From: Nitrososphaerota archaeon
GTDB lineage: Archaea; Thermoproteota; Nitrososphaeria_A; Caldarchaeales; Caldarchaeaceae
Length of the DNA stretch: 64,000 nt
Direction of reading: 5' to 3'
Assembly: GCA_041641305.1 (NCBI GenBank)
Contig: JBEPYN010000001.1
Span: forward strand, 160,001-224,000
The notes beneath the pieces are model-generated. The model made no database searches and was not told where the DNA came from. It saw only the letters and a list, made by a program, of their open reading frames with translations. This document shows positions 31,093 through 40,106 of this stretch, piece by piece. A program made the translations under genes and the position numbers. The first letter of the stretch is position 1. The number at the start of each line of letters is the position of its first letter.

Positions 31093-31215
31093 GTGACCGA
31101 AATGTTCGGCGAAAAGATCCTCTGGGCTGAAGAAGAAGAGGAGTTCGAAGAAGAGTGGGAAGAGGAAGATTTCGAGGAAGAAGAGTGGGAAGAGGAGGAA
31201 GAGGAGGAGTTTTAG
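31093..31215 (+). CDS. 40-aa extremely acidic microprotein (not in ORF track)
   Basis: MTEMFGEKILWAEEEEEFEEEWEEEDFEEEEWEEEEEEEF*; mixed GAA/GAG codons; alternative ATG at 31102; upstream TATA. Confidence 0.65.
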   Translation: MTEMFGEKILWAEEEEEFEEEWEEEDFEEEEWEEEEEEEF

Positions 31216-31500
31216 TTACTCTCCCGTTTCCTCTCCACCTTTTTTATGGGTATACAGTACTATGCTGGTTACGGCGCTCTTAACGCCCTGTATGGAGAGT
31301 ATTTTGTTTTTGAGGAATTCTCGGAACCCGCGGATGTCGTTCGTCTGAACGAAAAGGATTAGGTCGAACTCGCCTGTCACCTCGTATACGTCGAGAACCT
31401 CATCAAGCTTGCTGACCTGCTTGGCAACTTTCTCTATAGAGTTGCTGTCCACAAAGATGTGGATGATAGCTTTTACACCACCTATACTCAATCTATTCAC
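31216..31500 (-). CDS. Stand-alone Lrp/AsnC ligand-binding (RAM) domain
   Basis: VYEVTGEFDL, GVKSAVTSIVL. Confidence 0.88.
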   Translation of the reverse strand: MNRLSIGGVKAIIHIFVDSNSIEKVAKQVSKLDEVLDVYEVTGEFDLILFVQTNDIRGFREFLKNKILSIQGVKSAVTSIVLYTHKKGGEETGE

Positions 31501-33367
31501 CTACCCTCTTCAGCGAAAGAACCCTTCCCGGATACTTGGTTAAAAGGTTGTGTATGCTGACTTCGTGCCCTTTCTCCAGAGCAGATTTCTCGGGCCTCCT
31601 CTGTATGTATGCGACGAGGTCGACTTTTTCGCTGTCTAGCATCTCTGATACTTTTTCCTCAAAGTCTCCAACCTCGACAGCGTGGTCGACGACATACTTG
31701 TCGTGTTTCAGCCTTTTCTCCAACTCTGACAGGTCATGTGAGATATCCTCGCCAACCTTTTCCAGCTCGGGTTGTGACCATATTTTCGGCTCAACGATTG
31801 TGACAAGGCTGAGGTCGAACCTTTTGTCGAAGGCATGAATTATCGAGCGGTGGGCTGTTTCCATGTTCTCATAGGGTCTTATCAAAACGCCGACCTTTAA
31901 CCTGTAGCTAAGAGGCTCCACTAAGTCGGCCTCTTCTCTGCTAATTATCTTCAAACCTTTTCTGCGCCTGAACAAGATGTAGAACATGAAACCCCCCACC
32001 ACCCAGGCAACCGCCATTATTCTTCCAACGGCATGGAAAACAGCCATGAGACCAAGAATTACAAACATACCAGCCACCTCAAAAATGGCCGGAAGCGGGA
32101 ACTCACGTCCGCCCACATGTATGCAGAGGGGCATGTGCCAGGGAGTGTAGACGGTTTTCTCAAGTTTTTGTAGCCTGAAGTAGGAGAGGCCGAGGATGAG
32201 GTAGCTGATGACGGCTGAGAAGGCGTAGACGCTTGCGAGGAAAGTGATGTCGCCGAGAAAGGCGAGTCCTACCCCTATTGCTCCAAAGATTAGGATGGTT
32301 CTGACAGGGGTTCTGAACCTTGGATGAATGGCCTGCAGCCATGAAGGCATCAGCATGAACCTCGCCATGCTGGCTGTTAGTCGGGAGACGCCGACAACGC
32401 CTGTGTTGGATGAGGAGTAGCAGAGGATGAAGGCGGCTAATGCGACGAGAGGCATTAGGATTTCTCCGACGTATGGGTATGTGCTTACGAGGGTGTAGAT
32501 TGGGTTTTCATAGGCTTCGGCTATTATCCGCCAGTCGGTCGCCCCCGTCGCCAGAACGGGAAACGCTATAGCTGAGACGGCTACGACGAGGACAACCATT
32601 TTCGCAGCCTTCGGCAGGGAGATGTGGGGTCTACGGGTTTCCTCAGCCGCCTGTGAGATGGACTCGATGCCAACGAAAGAAGCCATTGCAAGTGTTATGG
32701 CGTAGAGAAAGTTGTTCATCTCGACGGGGAGAATCGGTACATACGCCACGTCACGTTGTAGGACTGGGCTGCCGAACTCCGTCACCTGACGTAGAAACAG
32801 CGAAAGGTCGAACTTGAGAAGAAAACCCGCTCCGAGAATAAGTGCTTCGATAAACAGCCCCACGAAAACAAGGGCGGATACCATGAAAGCCGAGTACTTG
32901 ATGCCGACAACGTTTATCACGATGAGGAGGAAGGCGAGCAACCCCGCCAACACACCTATAGAGGGCAGAGTTAGATCAAGCACGGTCACGTCGGGAAACA
33001 TTAGGACGGGGAGAAGTTGTCTGAGGTAGCCTGCGGCGGCTACCGCGAAGAGCGATATGCAGATGACGTAGGCGAGGAGCATGGCCCAGCCTGCTATGAA
33101 GCTCGCCACGGTGTTGAACGCCTTCAACGCATAGACGTGAACACCTCCCGAGTGTGGATACGTGGGGCCCAGCTCTGCATACATCAACCCCACAGTTGCA
33201 TACAGCAGGGCTGCTATGGCGAAGGCTACCGGAGCCGCTCCGCCCGCGTAGAGAGTTATCACGCCCAGAGCTATGAAAATGTTGGGGCCTACGTCGCCGT
33301 ATCCGAGGGCGAAGGAGCCGAACCAGCCAATCTCCCGCCTGTAACTCACCTGACCTGCCTTAGACAA
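31493..33367 (-). CDS. APC-family amino-acid permease with C-terminal USP-like domain
   Basis: YAELG..YPHSGG, FVGIES, AEE, SRL, HPRFRTP; soluble alpha/beta C-terminus. Confidence 0.88.
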   Translation of the reverse strand: MSKAGQVSYRREIGWFGSFALGYGDVGPNIFIALGVITLYAGGAAPVAFAIAALLYATVGLMYAELGPTYPHSGGVHVYALKAFNTVASFIAGWAMLLAYVICISLFAVAAAGYLRQLLPVLMFPDVTVLDLTLPSIGVLAGLLAFLLIVINVVGIKYSAFMVSALVFVGLFIEALILGAGFLLKFDLSLFLRQVTEFGSPVLQRDVAYVPILPVEMNNFLYAITLAMASFVGIESISQAAEETRRPHISLPKAAKMVVLVVAVSAIAFPVLATGATDWRIIAEAYENPIYTLVSTYPYVGEILMPLVALAAFILCYSSSNTGVVGVSRLTASMARFMLMPSWLQAIHPRFRTPVRTILIFGAIGVGLAFLGDITFLASVYAFSAVISYLILGLSYFRLQKLEKTVYTPWHMPLCIHVGGREFPLPAIFEVAGMFVILGLMAVFHAVGRIMAVAWVVGGFMFYILFRRRKGLKIISREEADLVEPLSYRLKVGVLIRPYENMETAHRSIIHAFDKRFDLSLVTIVEPKIWSQPELEKVGEDISHDLSELEKRLKHDKYVVDHAVEVGDFEEKVSEMLDSEKVDLVAYIQRRPEKSALEKGHEVSIHNLLTKYPGRVLSLKRVGE

Positions 33368-33376
33368 TCAGCTCGC

Positions 33377-33931
33377 CTATTGATGGTTCCCGGAAAGCGT
33401 TAATATAAAGCAGAAAACCGTTTCAAAAAAAGACTTTAAACTCTGTTTATAAACCAGCCTAAAACCTTTCAGAGAAGCTTTTGTGAGAAGCTCGTCGACA
33501 GCTGACAGGGATGAGGTGGTCAGGATAAGGATGCCGTGTCTGCGCAGGGTTTTGGAGGCGTGCTCCATGATTTGCTCAGCCAATTCCACTCCACGGGGGC
33601 CACCATGTATGGTAGGGTCGTGGAAAGCTTCTTCATCGGGTAGGTAGGGTGGGTTGGCGACGACCATGTCTAATATGCGTGGCCTAATTGGGAGGAGTGA
33701 GGCGTTGAGGAGATGAAGCCGGGGTTTGAGGTCTGCGAGTTTCTCGGCGGCAAGCTCGAGGGCGTGTGGGTCGATGTCTATCCCGATGACGTCATCCGAC
33801 TTTTCGGCAACAGCCTTCAGCACCTCACCGACCCCGCATCCAACCTCAGCCGCCAAATGAACATGGGATGCCTGGGCTACGCAGTCGATTGTTAGAAAAG
33901 TGTCTTCACGTGGGGTGTAGGGCTCTGTCAT
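33377..33931 (-). CDS. HemK2/MTQ2-family methyltransferase
   Basis: YTPREDTFL, EVGCGVG, NPPY; ATGA overlap with the asnS stop. Confidence 0.88.
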   Translation of the reverse strand: MTEPYTPREDTFLTIDCVAQASHVHLAAEVGCGVGEVLKAVAEKSDDVIGIDIDPHALELAAEKLADLKPRLHLLNASLLPIRPRILDMVVANPPYLPDEEAFHDPTIHGGPRGVELAEQIMEHASKTLRRHGILILTTSSLSAVDELLTKASLKGFRLVYKQSLKSFFETVFCFILTLSGNHQ

Positions 33932-35217
33932 GGATAGGTACGGGTCATGGTTCTCGGAAACATGACGGCTGAGCGGATGTTCTTCAGCCCGAGAAGCCAC
34001 TGGACAAGCCTCTCCACACCCAGCCCAAACCCGCTATGGGGAATGCTTCCATACTTCCTCAGGTCAAGATACCACTTGTAATCAGCCGGCTCCAACCCCT
34101 CCTCCACAATCCTCTCAAGCAGCTGCTGATAATCGTGTATTCTTTGGCCGCTGCCGACTATTTCGCCGTAGCCCTCGGGGGCGAGCAGGTCTGCTGAAAG
34201 AGTTAGCTCGGGGTTTGCGGGGTCGGGCATGTGATAGAAGGCCTTTGCTTTTCGGGGGAAGTGGGTGACGAAGAAGGGTTTGTCGAACTCCATGGTGAGG
34301 ATTTTCTCCTCATCGGCCCCTAGGTCAGCCCCCCACTCCAGCTGGACACCTTTTGAGGCAAGGATGTCAAGCGCCTCGGAGTATTTTATACGGTGGTATG
34401 GTGGCTCAACCGATTTCGGCGACCTCTCACGCCCCAGCAGCTTCAACACTTCCCGGGAATTCTCCAAAGCCTCGGCGCTCGCCTCGCCCACCAGCCTCTC
34501 AACAACCTTCATCAAGTCATCCAACCCGGCGAAAGCCATCTCACCCTCTACATGCCAAAACTCCGTCAAATGCCGACGAGTCTTGCTCCTCTCAGCCCGG
34601 AAACTAGGCTGAATACTGTAAACCTTCCCAAGCGAATAGATCGCAGCCTCCTGGTAAAACTGGACACTCTGTGTCAGGTACACTTTTTTCCCGAAGTAAT
34701 TCACCTCGAAGAGGGTGGCGCCACCCTCGACGGCTGCTGTAATGAATGTGGGGCAGTTTACCTCCACGAAGCTCTCTCTTTCAAACCAGTTTCGTATGCT
34801 TTTGAGAAGGTTTGAGCGGAACCTTAGAATGGCCGCTGCCTTAGGGCTGCGTATGGCCAGGTGCCTGTGGTCGCTGAGGAAACGTGGGCCAACACCCTTC
34901 TTGATGGGAAATTCCTCTATAGAAGCCGAAATTACATCAACTTTTTTCGCCCTAACCTCTGCTCCGCTGGGAGCCCTCGGGTCGTGAACAACCACACCCG
35001 AGACAACAATAGCAGACTCTCTTCCAGCGGATGACACGGCTTGGAAATCTGCTTCAGACACCTCAGATACCTTCAGAGTAACTTGGACAACACCCGTCCC
35101 ATCCCTCAAGTCGATGAACATCAACCGACCGTGATGCCTCTTGGAACGTATCCAGCCCCGCAGCTCCACATGGGAGCCGTCGGGAAGACTGTTTACACGC
35201 CCGCAGTCAGCCAACAT
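33928..35217 (-). CDS. asnS: Asparagine--tRNA ligase
   Basis: OB-fold, EGGATLF, FRAERSKTRRHLTEFW, GEIVGSGQR, PHSGFGLGVER. Confidence 0.9.
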   Translation of the reverse strand: MLADCGRVNSLPDGSHVELRGWIRSKRHHGRLMFIDLRDGTGVVQVTLKVSEVSEADFQAVSSAGRESAIVVSGVVVHDPRAPSGAEVRAKKVDVISASIEEFPIKKGVGPRFLSDHRHLAIRSPKAAAILRFRSNLLKSIRNWFERESFVEVNCPTFITAAVEGGATLFEVNYFGKKVYLTQSVQFYQEAAIYSLGKVYSIQPSFRAERSKTRRHLTEFWHVEGEMAFAGLDDLMKVVERLVGEASAEALENSREVLKLLGRERSPKSVEPPYHRIKYSEALDILASKGVQLEWGADLGADEEKILTMEFDKPFFVTHFPRKAKAFYHMPDPANPELTLSADLLAPEGYGEIVGSGQRIHDYQQLLERIVEEGLEPADYKWYLDLRKYGSIPHSGFGLGVERLVQWLLGLKNIRSAVMFPRTMTRTYP

Positions 35218-35250
35218 CCCTGTCGTAAAAGGAATATGCCGTATATAGAG

Positions 35251-35574
35251 CTACATTATCAAGGTTCCTTCCGCCACCTCGTTCTCAGGAACCACCGGCA
35301 CAATCTTCTTTTCGCTCTCCACAGCCGTCAACAACATAGCTTCCGAGACCTCCCCCCGGATTTTGCGGGTTTCGAGGTTGGTGACGAAGACGAACAAACG
35401 TCCTATGAAGTGGTCGGGGCTATAGTACTCCGCCAACCCCGTCAAGACCTGTTTCTCAGCGTCGCCGAAGCTCACCCTCAGCTTGAGCAACTTATCAGAG
35501 CCCTTCAGCCTCTCAGCGTGCACAACCCTGCCAACCCTCATCTCAACCCGCTTAAACTCATTTATCGAAATCAT
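35251..35574 (-). CDS. tRNA-binding OB-fold protein (Trbp111/MetRS C-terminal-like)
   Basis: SDKLLKL, TNLETRKIRGEVSEAMLL. Confidence 0.9.
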   Translation of the reverse strand: MISINEFKRVEMRVGRVVHAERLKGSDKLLKLRVSFGDAEKQVLTGLAEYYSPDHFIGRLFVFVTNLETRKIRGEVSEAMLLTAVESEKKIVPVVPENEVAEGTLIM

Positions 35575-35648
35575 GGCCGATACACCCGTTAACGCATCAA
35601 AAATAGTTATGCACAAGAGTTTTCTACAAATTTTTCAGAAAATTTTTT

Positions 35649-35683
35649 AAACATGCAAAACATGAAAAACATGAGCAAAAATG
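35649..35683 (+). repeat. AAACATG x3 at 9-nt period plus a degenerate fourth copy, between TATA and start codon
   Basis: Copies at 35649, 35658 and 35667; aaaaatg at 35677. Confidence 0.6.
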
Positions 35684-35809
35684 GCGAAAGCAAAAAAGAA
35701 AGCAGCAAGGAAGGGAGGTAAGAAAAAGAAGACAACAAGACGCAAGAGAGCTAAGGCCGCTAAACCAGCGGCCGCAGCCGCAGGTGAAGCCGTAGCAGCA
35801 AGCGGCTAA
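35681..35809 (+). CDS. 42-aa Lys/Arg/Ala-rich microprotein (not in ORF track)
   Basis: MAKAKKKAARKGGKKKKTTRRKRAKAAKPAAAAAGEAVAASG*; TATA ttttaaa about 30 nt upstream; T-rich tract downstream. Confidence 0.72.
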   Translation: MAKAKKKAARKGGKKKKTTRRKRAKAAKPAAAAAGEAVAASG

Positions 35810-35818
35810 AAATTCAAC

Positions 35819-35834
35819 CTTCTTCTTTTATTTA
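35819..35834 (+). terminator. Pyrimidine/oligo-T archaeal terminator candidate
   Basis: cttcttcttttattta directly after the basic microprotein stop. Confidence 0.4.
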
Positions 35835-36407
35835 TTCCTCTTCGCTCCACTCCCAAAACCGCCTCGGTCTGTTAACATGGTAAACCTGTCTCCTAGGCTT
35901 CATCGCTTCTATGAACGCGGCTGAGAAGAAGGAGGAGAACATGGGGAGTAGGAATAGCAGGGCAAAGTCAAGTGGACCATCAAGTATGATCTGTTTAGCG
36001 AGCGCGGTTAGATAAACTTCCCAGCTGATCGCTCCGGGGACGCGGGGGAGCACGTAGATGGACAGCCCTAAGACCAGCAGATATGTAAGGGTTGATGCAA
36101 CCAGCGGAGGAATAACCGCCTCTCTCGACCTTCTGGTAACCAGGGCGACGGCGAACCCTGCGAGAATCCAGGTAACCAGAGGCCATATACCTAGGTAGAT
36201 TGTTGTCCCTGTCGGCGGCATGACTGTTGACCCGCCGAGGGCTGATGAGAGCGGTGTAACAACTGCGGCAAGTGCAGTCAGCATAACTGCTAGGACAGCT
36301 GTCTGGAACCCAAGTGGTGGAATGTTTTCGAGGGCGGGTCTAGCCAAAACCCCTCCTAAAATCAGCAAGACGGCCAGTGCTGACAGAGTTGCTGCTAAGC
36401 CTTTCAC
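35832..36407 (-). CDS. Hypothetical membrane protein (about 5 TM)
   Basis: Hydrophobic segments; charged C-terminus. Confidence 0.7.
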   Translation of the reverse strand: MKGLAATLSALAVLLILGGVLARPALENIPPLGFQTAVLAVMLTALAAVVTPLSSALGGSTVMPPTGTTIYLGIWPLVTWILAGFAVALVTRRSREAVIPPLVASTLTYLLVLGLSIYVLPRVPGAISWEVYLTALAKQIILDGPLDFALLFLLPMFSSFFSAAFIEAMKPRRQVYHVNRPRRFWEWSEEE

Positions 36408-36472
36408 GGAGACGGGGCTGGAGGTGGGTGATATAAGGGTTTGTAGCCTCTTTTGATCCTGTGTAACCTTGG

Positions 36473-38062
36473 TTAATACAGATGTGTTCCGCTGGGATTA
36501 CGTTGGTTGTTGTATATTTTCTCGAGGTCGGATAACGTATTGGCCTCCTCGGGTTTCTTGTCCGTTCTTACCGCTTTTATCCGTGCAAATCGAAGGGCGT
36601 ATCCGCTGGTGTAGCTGGGGCTCCGCTGAACCTCGTTAAACTCTATCTCTACAACTATCCTCGGCTCGACAACCACCCCCCATTCTTCATGAGACTTCGC
36701 TATACCGAGAAGTAGGTGGGTCATTTTGCGGAATTCGTCGTCGGTCAACCCTTTGAAAGTTTTCCCGACTGGTGCGAATCCTCCACCTCTGTCATCTAAC
36801 ACCGCCAGATGGTAGTTGCTTAGCCAGCCTCTTCTCCTGCCATGTCCCCATTCAGCTGCCACAACGACAACATCGAGGGTGAATGCTTTCTTCATCTTCA
36901 GCCAGTATCCGCCTCTTCTACCCGGTGTATAGGGGCTGTCAGGGGACTTGGCCATAACCCCCTCATAGCCAACGGATGTCCACTGCTCCAACGCTTTGCG
37001 CACATCCTCTTCATCACCGGACACAATCAGAGGGTTAACCAGCCTCTGGTCAACCGTTTCCTCGAGCCGTTTTCTCCTGCTATGGAGAGGGGTGTTCCAA
37101 AGGTCTTCTCCGTTGAGATGGATTATGTCGAAGAACTTGATGCTTAGAACCAGCTGCTTAAGAGCCTCTTCAACGTTTTTCTCCCTTCCTATCCGCCGCA
37201 TAGTCTCCTGAAAAGGCGTCGCCCTACCGTTTTCGTCGACGCAGTATCCTTCGCCGTCGAGAATACAGCTTTCCGCATTTACGGCCTGACGCACGTTTTC
37301 CACGATATCAGGAACCGATTCTGTGACGTCCTTCAAGCCCCTCGTATAGACTTTGACGGCACCATCTCTGACGTGGACCTGAAGCCTGACGCCGTCGATT
37401 TTCGGCTCCAGATATACCTTCGGCCCCAGTTTCTCGAAGATTTCTCCAAGGCTGTATGCGTATTCTGCCAGCATGGGTTTGACGGGGGAAAAGAGCTGGA
37501 GCCTTGTCTCCTTTAGCCTGTTTTTGATGGCGTTTTTTACAAGGATATCGAGCCTACCCAACGCCATCTCAGCGGTTTTGACATCGTCAAGCGGCTTGTT
37601 CAGATACTTTGAAAGCGATTCAACGAGTATCCCTACGCTTGCCCCGTGCCTCATCTCGCCCATGAGGATGCGGGTGAGCCATTTCCGCTCTTTCTCATCG
37701 GCTCTGTTAAGGAGGCTTGATAGAAGGGCTTTCCTCGCCTCGGTGACGCCTTTGCCCGAGAGAGACGCGGCTTTCTCGATGCTTTCCCAGACCTCGGATA
37801 CGGTGAGAGGCGTGGGCGATGTGAGAACCGACTGCTGCTCCCTCAAGGCTTTCATAAGTGTGGCTGGCCCGATGTTGATACCTAGCTTCCTGACTCCTGA
37901 TGATAGGCCGACGAGGAGGTTGGCCGCCGCGGCCGCTTCATCCGCCTCCTCTGGACTGAATTTCCCGAGAAAGTCCGCGATGAGCGATATCTTCTCTTTT
38001 CTGGATGAGGTGGACTCGAGTTTTTCGCAGAGGTCGGCGAGCTCGCTGAACAGTCTCGGCAT
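36473..38062 (-). CDS. lig: ATP-dependent DNA ligase
   Basis: EPKIDGVRLQVH (KxDG), LDGE, FDI, EGVMAK, WLKMK, LRFARI. Confidence 0.93.
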   Translation of the reverse strand: MPRLFSELADLCEKLESTSSRKEKISLIADFLGKFSPEEADEAAAAANLLVGLSSGVRKLGINIGPATLMKALREQQSVLTSPTPLTVSEVWESIEKAASLSGKGVTEARKALLSSLLNRADEKERKWLTRILMGEMRHGASVGILVESLSKYLNKPLDDVKTAEMALGRLDILVKNAIKNRLKETRLQLFSPVKPMLAEYAYSLGEIFEKLGPKVYLEPKIDGVRLQVHVRDGAVKVYTRGLKDVTESVPDIVENVRQAVNAESCILDGEGYCVDENGRATPFQETMRRIGREKNVEEALKQLVLSIKFFDIIHLNGEDLWNTPLHSRRKRLEETVDQRLVNPLIVSGDEEDVRKALEQWTSVGYEGVMAKSPDSPYTPGRRGGYWLKMKKAFTLDVVVVAAEWGHGRRRGWLSNYHLAVLDDRGGGFAPVGKTFKGLTDDEFRKMTHLLLGIAKSHEEWGVVVEPRIVVEIEFNEVQRSPSYTSGYALRFARIKAVRTDKKPEEANTLSDLEKIYNNQRNPSGTHLY

Positions 38063-38065
38063 GCT

Positions 38066-38491
38066 CTACTCGACTGACACCTTTACACCACGTGGTTTAG
38101 CTACCTCGGCCTTTATGAACAAAAGCCCCGAGTCATACTTTGCCTCCACTTTCGAGGGGTCTATGGCTCTGGGGAGTCGCAACACTCTGCGGACACCTTT
38201 GCCACGTGCGAATGGAGGCAGTCGGCCGAACTCTGGATACGGCGGTGAAACATAATCGGCTGAAACCGTTATTTGGTTTTCTTCAGCGGTCAACTCGATT
38301 TTATCCCGTGGACATCCAGGAACCTCTACCACGGCGTATAAACGATCTCCGACATAGGTGTATGAGACGCCTTCGCCCCGTATGAGAGGTTCGAAGCCGG
38401 CCGCCAGCTGGTCAACGGCCTCCCTTAAACGGCTCTCGACATCAGCCCTAATCCTGTTGAAAAACTCATCCCAATCAACACCGGTGCTCAT
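38066..38491 (-). CDS. Small heat-shock protein (Hsp20)
   Basis: EVPG, RLP..IDPSKVEAKYDSGLL, C-terminal V-x-V motif. Confidence 0.88.
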   Translation of the reverse strand: MSTGVDWDEFFNRIRADVESRLREAVDQLAAGFEPLIRGEGVSYTYVGDRLYAVVEVPGCPRDKIELTAEENQITVSADYVSPPYPEFGRLPPFARGKGVRRVLRLPRAIDPSKVEAKYDSGLLFIKAEVAKPRGVKVSVE

Positions 38492-38563
38492 ACTTGGATA
38501 ATGTGTTGCTTTGAATATAAGTTTGGGAAACTATAAAAACAGGATGCCTAAAAAGCCGTCGAA

Positions 38564-39319
38564 TTGGGCAAGTGCGCGGTCTGCGGGACTGAGGAGCTTT
38601 TACCATTCACATGCAAATATTGCGGGCAAAACTTCTGCCCCGAGCATCGACTGCCGGAAAACCATGCATGTGGGGGTATTACGCTGGCCCGGAGACCGGA
38701 AGAAATCAGGATACGGCCTTTTTGGAGAACCGAATATGTGAGACGTTTTCGGGCCCCTCTCTTCACAAGGGAGGAGCTTATTCATCTTCTCGTGGCGACG
38801 GTTGTTGTTGTCCTCGCTGGTGTGAGCCTGCTCGGGTTCTTTTTTGCGCCCACGGTTTCTTACGCCGCTCTCTTGATCGGGTTCGCGGCCTCTTTCCTCG
38901 GACATGAGCTTGCACACAAGCTCGTCGCGATGCGCAAGGGTTTCGGCGCAGAGTTCAAGGTTTATCTCGCGGGTCTCCTCGTTACGGTTTTGACCGCGGT
39001 TCTGCCTATTCCGTTCAAGGTGATTATGCCGGGGGCTGTGGTTATACGTGGTCTCCAGAGTTTGCGGGATGTGGGGCATGTGGCGGTCGCAGGGCCCCTG
39101 TTCAACATGGTTGTCGCCGCTGTTACACTCGCAGTTGGAAGGCTTCTGGGTAGCGGTGTTCTAAGCGCCATCGCTTCACTCAACGCATTCCTAATGTTTT
39201 TCAACATGCTTCCCATAATGCCGCTTGACGGAGAAAAAGTGTTCATCTGGAGCAGGAAAGTGTGGTTGATTGTTTTTGTTTTATCTCTTGTTCTGTTAAC
39301 TCTGGTGCGTCTTCTATAG
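38564..39319 (+). CDS. AN1-type Zn finger fused to M50 (site-2) membrane metalloprotease
   Basis: CAVC..LPFTCKYCGQNFCPEHRLPENHAC; HELAH; AGP; NMLPIMPLDG. Confidence 0.88.
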   Translation: MGKCAVCGTEELLPFTCKYCGQNFCPEHRLPENHACGGITLARRPEEIRIRPFWRTEYVRRFRAPLFTREELIHLLVATVVVVLAGVSLLGFFFAPTVSYAALLIGFAASFLGHELAHKLVAMRKGFGAEFKVYLAGLLVTVLTAVLPIPFKVIMPGAVVIRGLQSLRDVGHVAVAGPLFNMVVAAVTLAVGRLLGSGVLSAIASLNAFLMFFNMLPIMPLDGEKVFIWSRKVWLIVFVLSLVLLTLVRLL

Positions 39320-40069
39320 CAGCGGGGAAAGCAGCATCCACAGCCCAATCGCCGAGAAGCCTAAAACAATCGCTGCTCTCAGCTGTCTATCGGATAACCC
39401 TAACTGTATCCTGCTGCCGACAAATCCTCCCAACAAGCCTCCCGCAAAAGCGGCGCCATATATTCCTGGGTAAAAACTGCCCTGAAGAAGGTATGTCGCA
39501 AGGCCTGTGGCTGAGGTGAAGCCTGTGAGAAACTGGCTGACGGCCACAGCCTCCCTTGGGCTCATGTTGGACCAGAGGATGAAGCTCGGAACCATTAACA
39601 TGCCTCCACCGACACCCAGCAGAGATGAGACGAAGCCGGCGACTACCACGACCAACACCCTCCCACCAATTCCCACAACATGGTCTCGGCCTTGGTTTCC
39701 CCTAATTTTCAGCATCAGAAGAGTTGAGCCTATTAGGAATATTCCGAAAACGATTTTGAAGACAGGTTCCTGGAGACGAAGGGAGGTGAGTGCTCCGAGG
39801 ATCGATAACGCTATTGCTGGGAGAACAAGCCAGTGGTTTGGCCTTATTTTGAAGGCGTTTTTCCTAACCCTCGTCAGGGTTGCTGAAAAGGCGTTGGACA
39901 GGACGAGTGATAGGCTCGCCGGGACAGCTACAAACGGCCGAAGCCCCATGGCCCCTACAGAAACAGGCACAAAGATGAAGCCGCCGCCGACACCAAGCAT
40001 AGAACCTACCAAGGCTGAGAAAAAAGCCAAAACAACCACAGTAGCTTCGGCGGCAAAAATCATAAGCAA
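39314..40069 (-). CDS. TauE/SafE sulfite-exporter family membrane protein
   Basis: Two GVGGG...VP repeats. Confidence 0.88.
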   Translation of the reverse strand: MLMIFAAEATVVVLAFFSALVGSMLGVGGGFIFVPVSVGAMGLRPFVAVPASLSLVLSNAFSATLTRVRKNAFKIRPNHWLVLPAIALSILGALTSLRLQEPVFKIVFGIFLIGSTLLMLKIRGNQGRDHVVGIGGRVLVVVVAGFVSSLLGVGGGMLMVPSFILWSNMSPREAVAVSQFLTGFTSATGLATYLLQGSFYPGIYGAAFAGGLLGGFVGSRIQLGLSDRQLRAAIVLGFSAIGLWMLLSPLL

Positions 40070-40106
40070 ACATCTTATTTTATCGTGTTTTTAATAAATC
40101 TGAGCC

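Noticed and set aside
31129-31209. GAA/GAG tract as a microsatellite or CRISPR-like repeat
   Set aside because: There is no spacer structure, and in-frame synonymous variation is better explained as coding.
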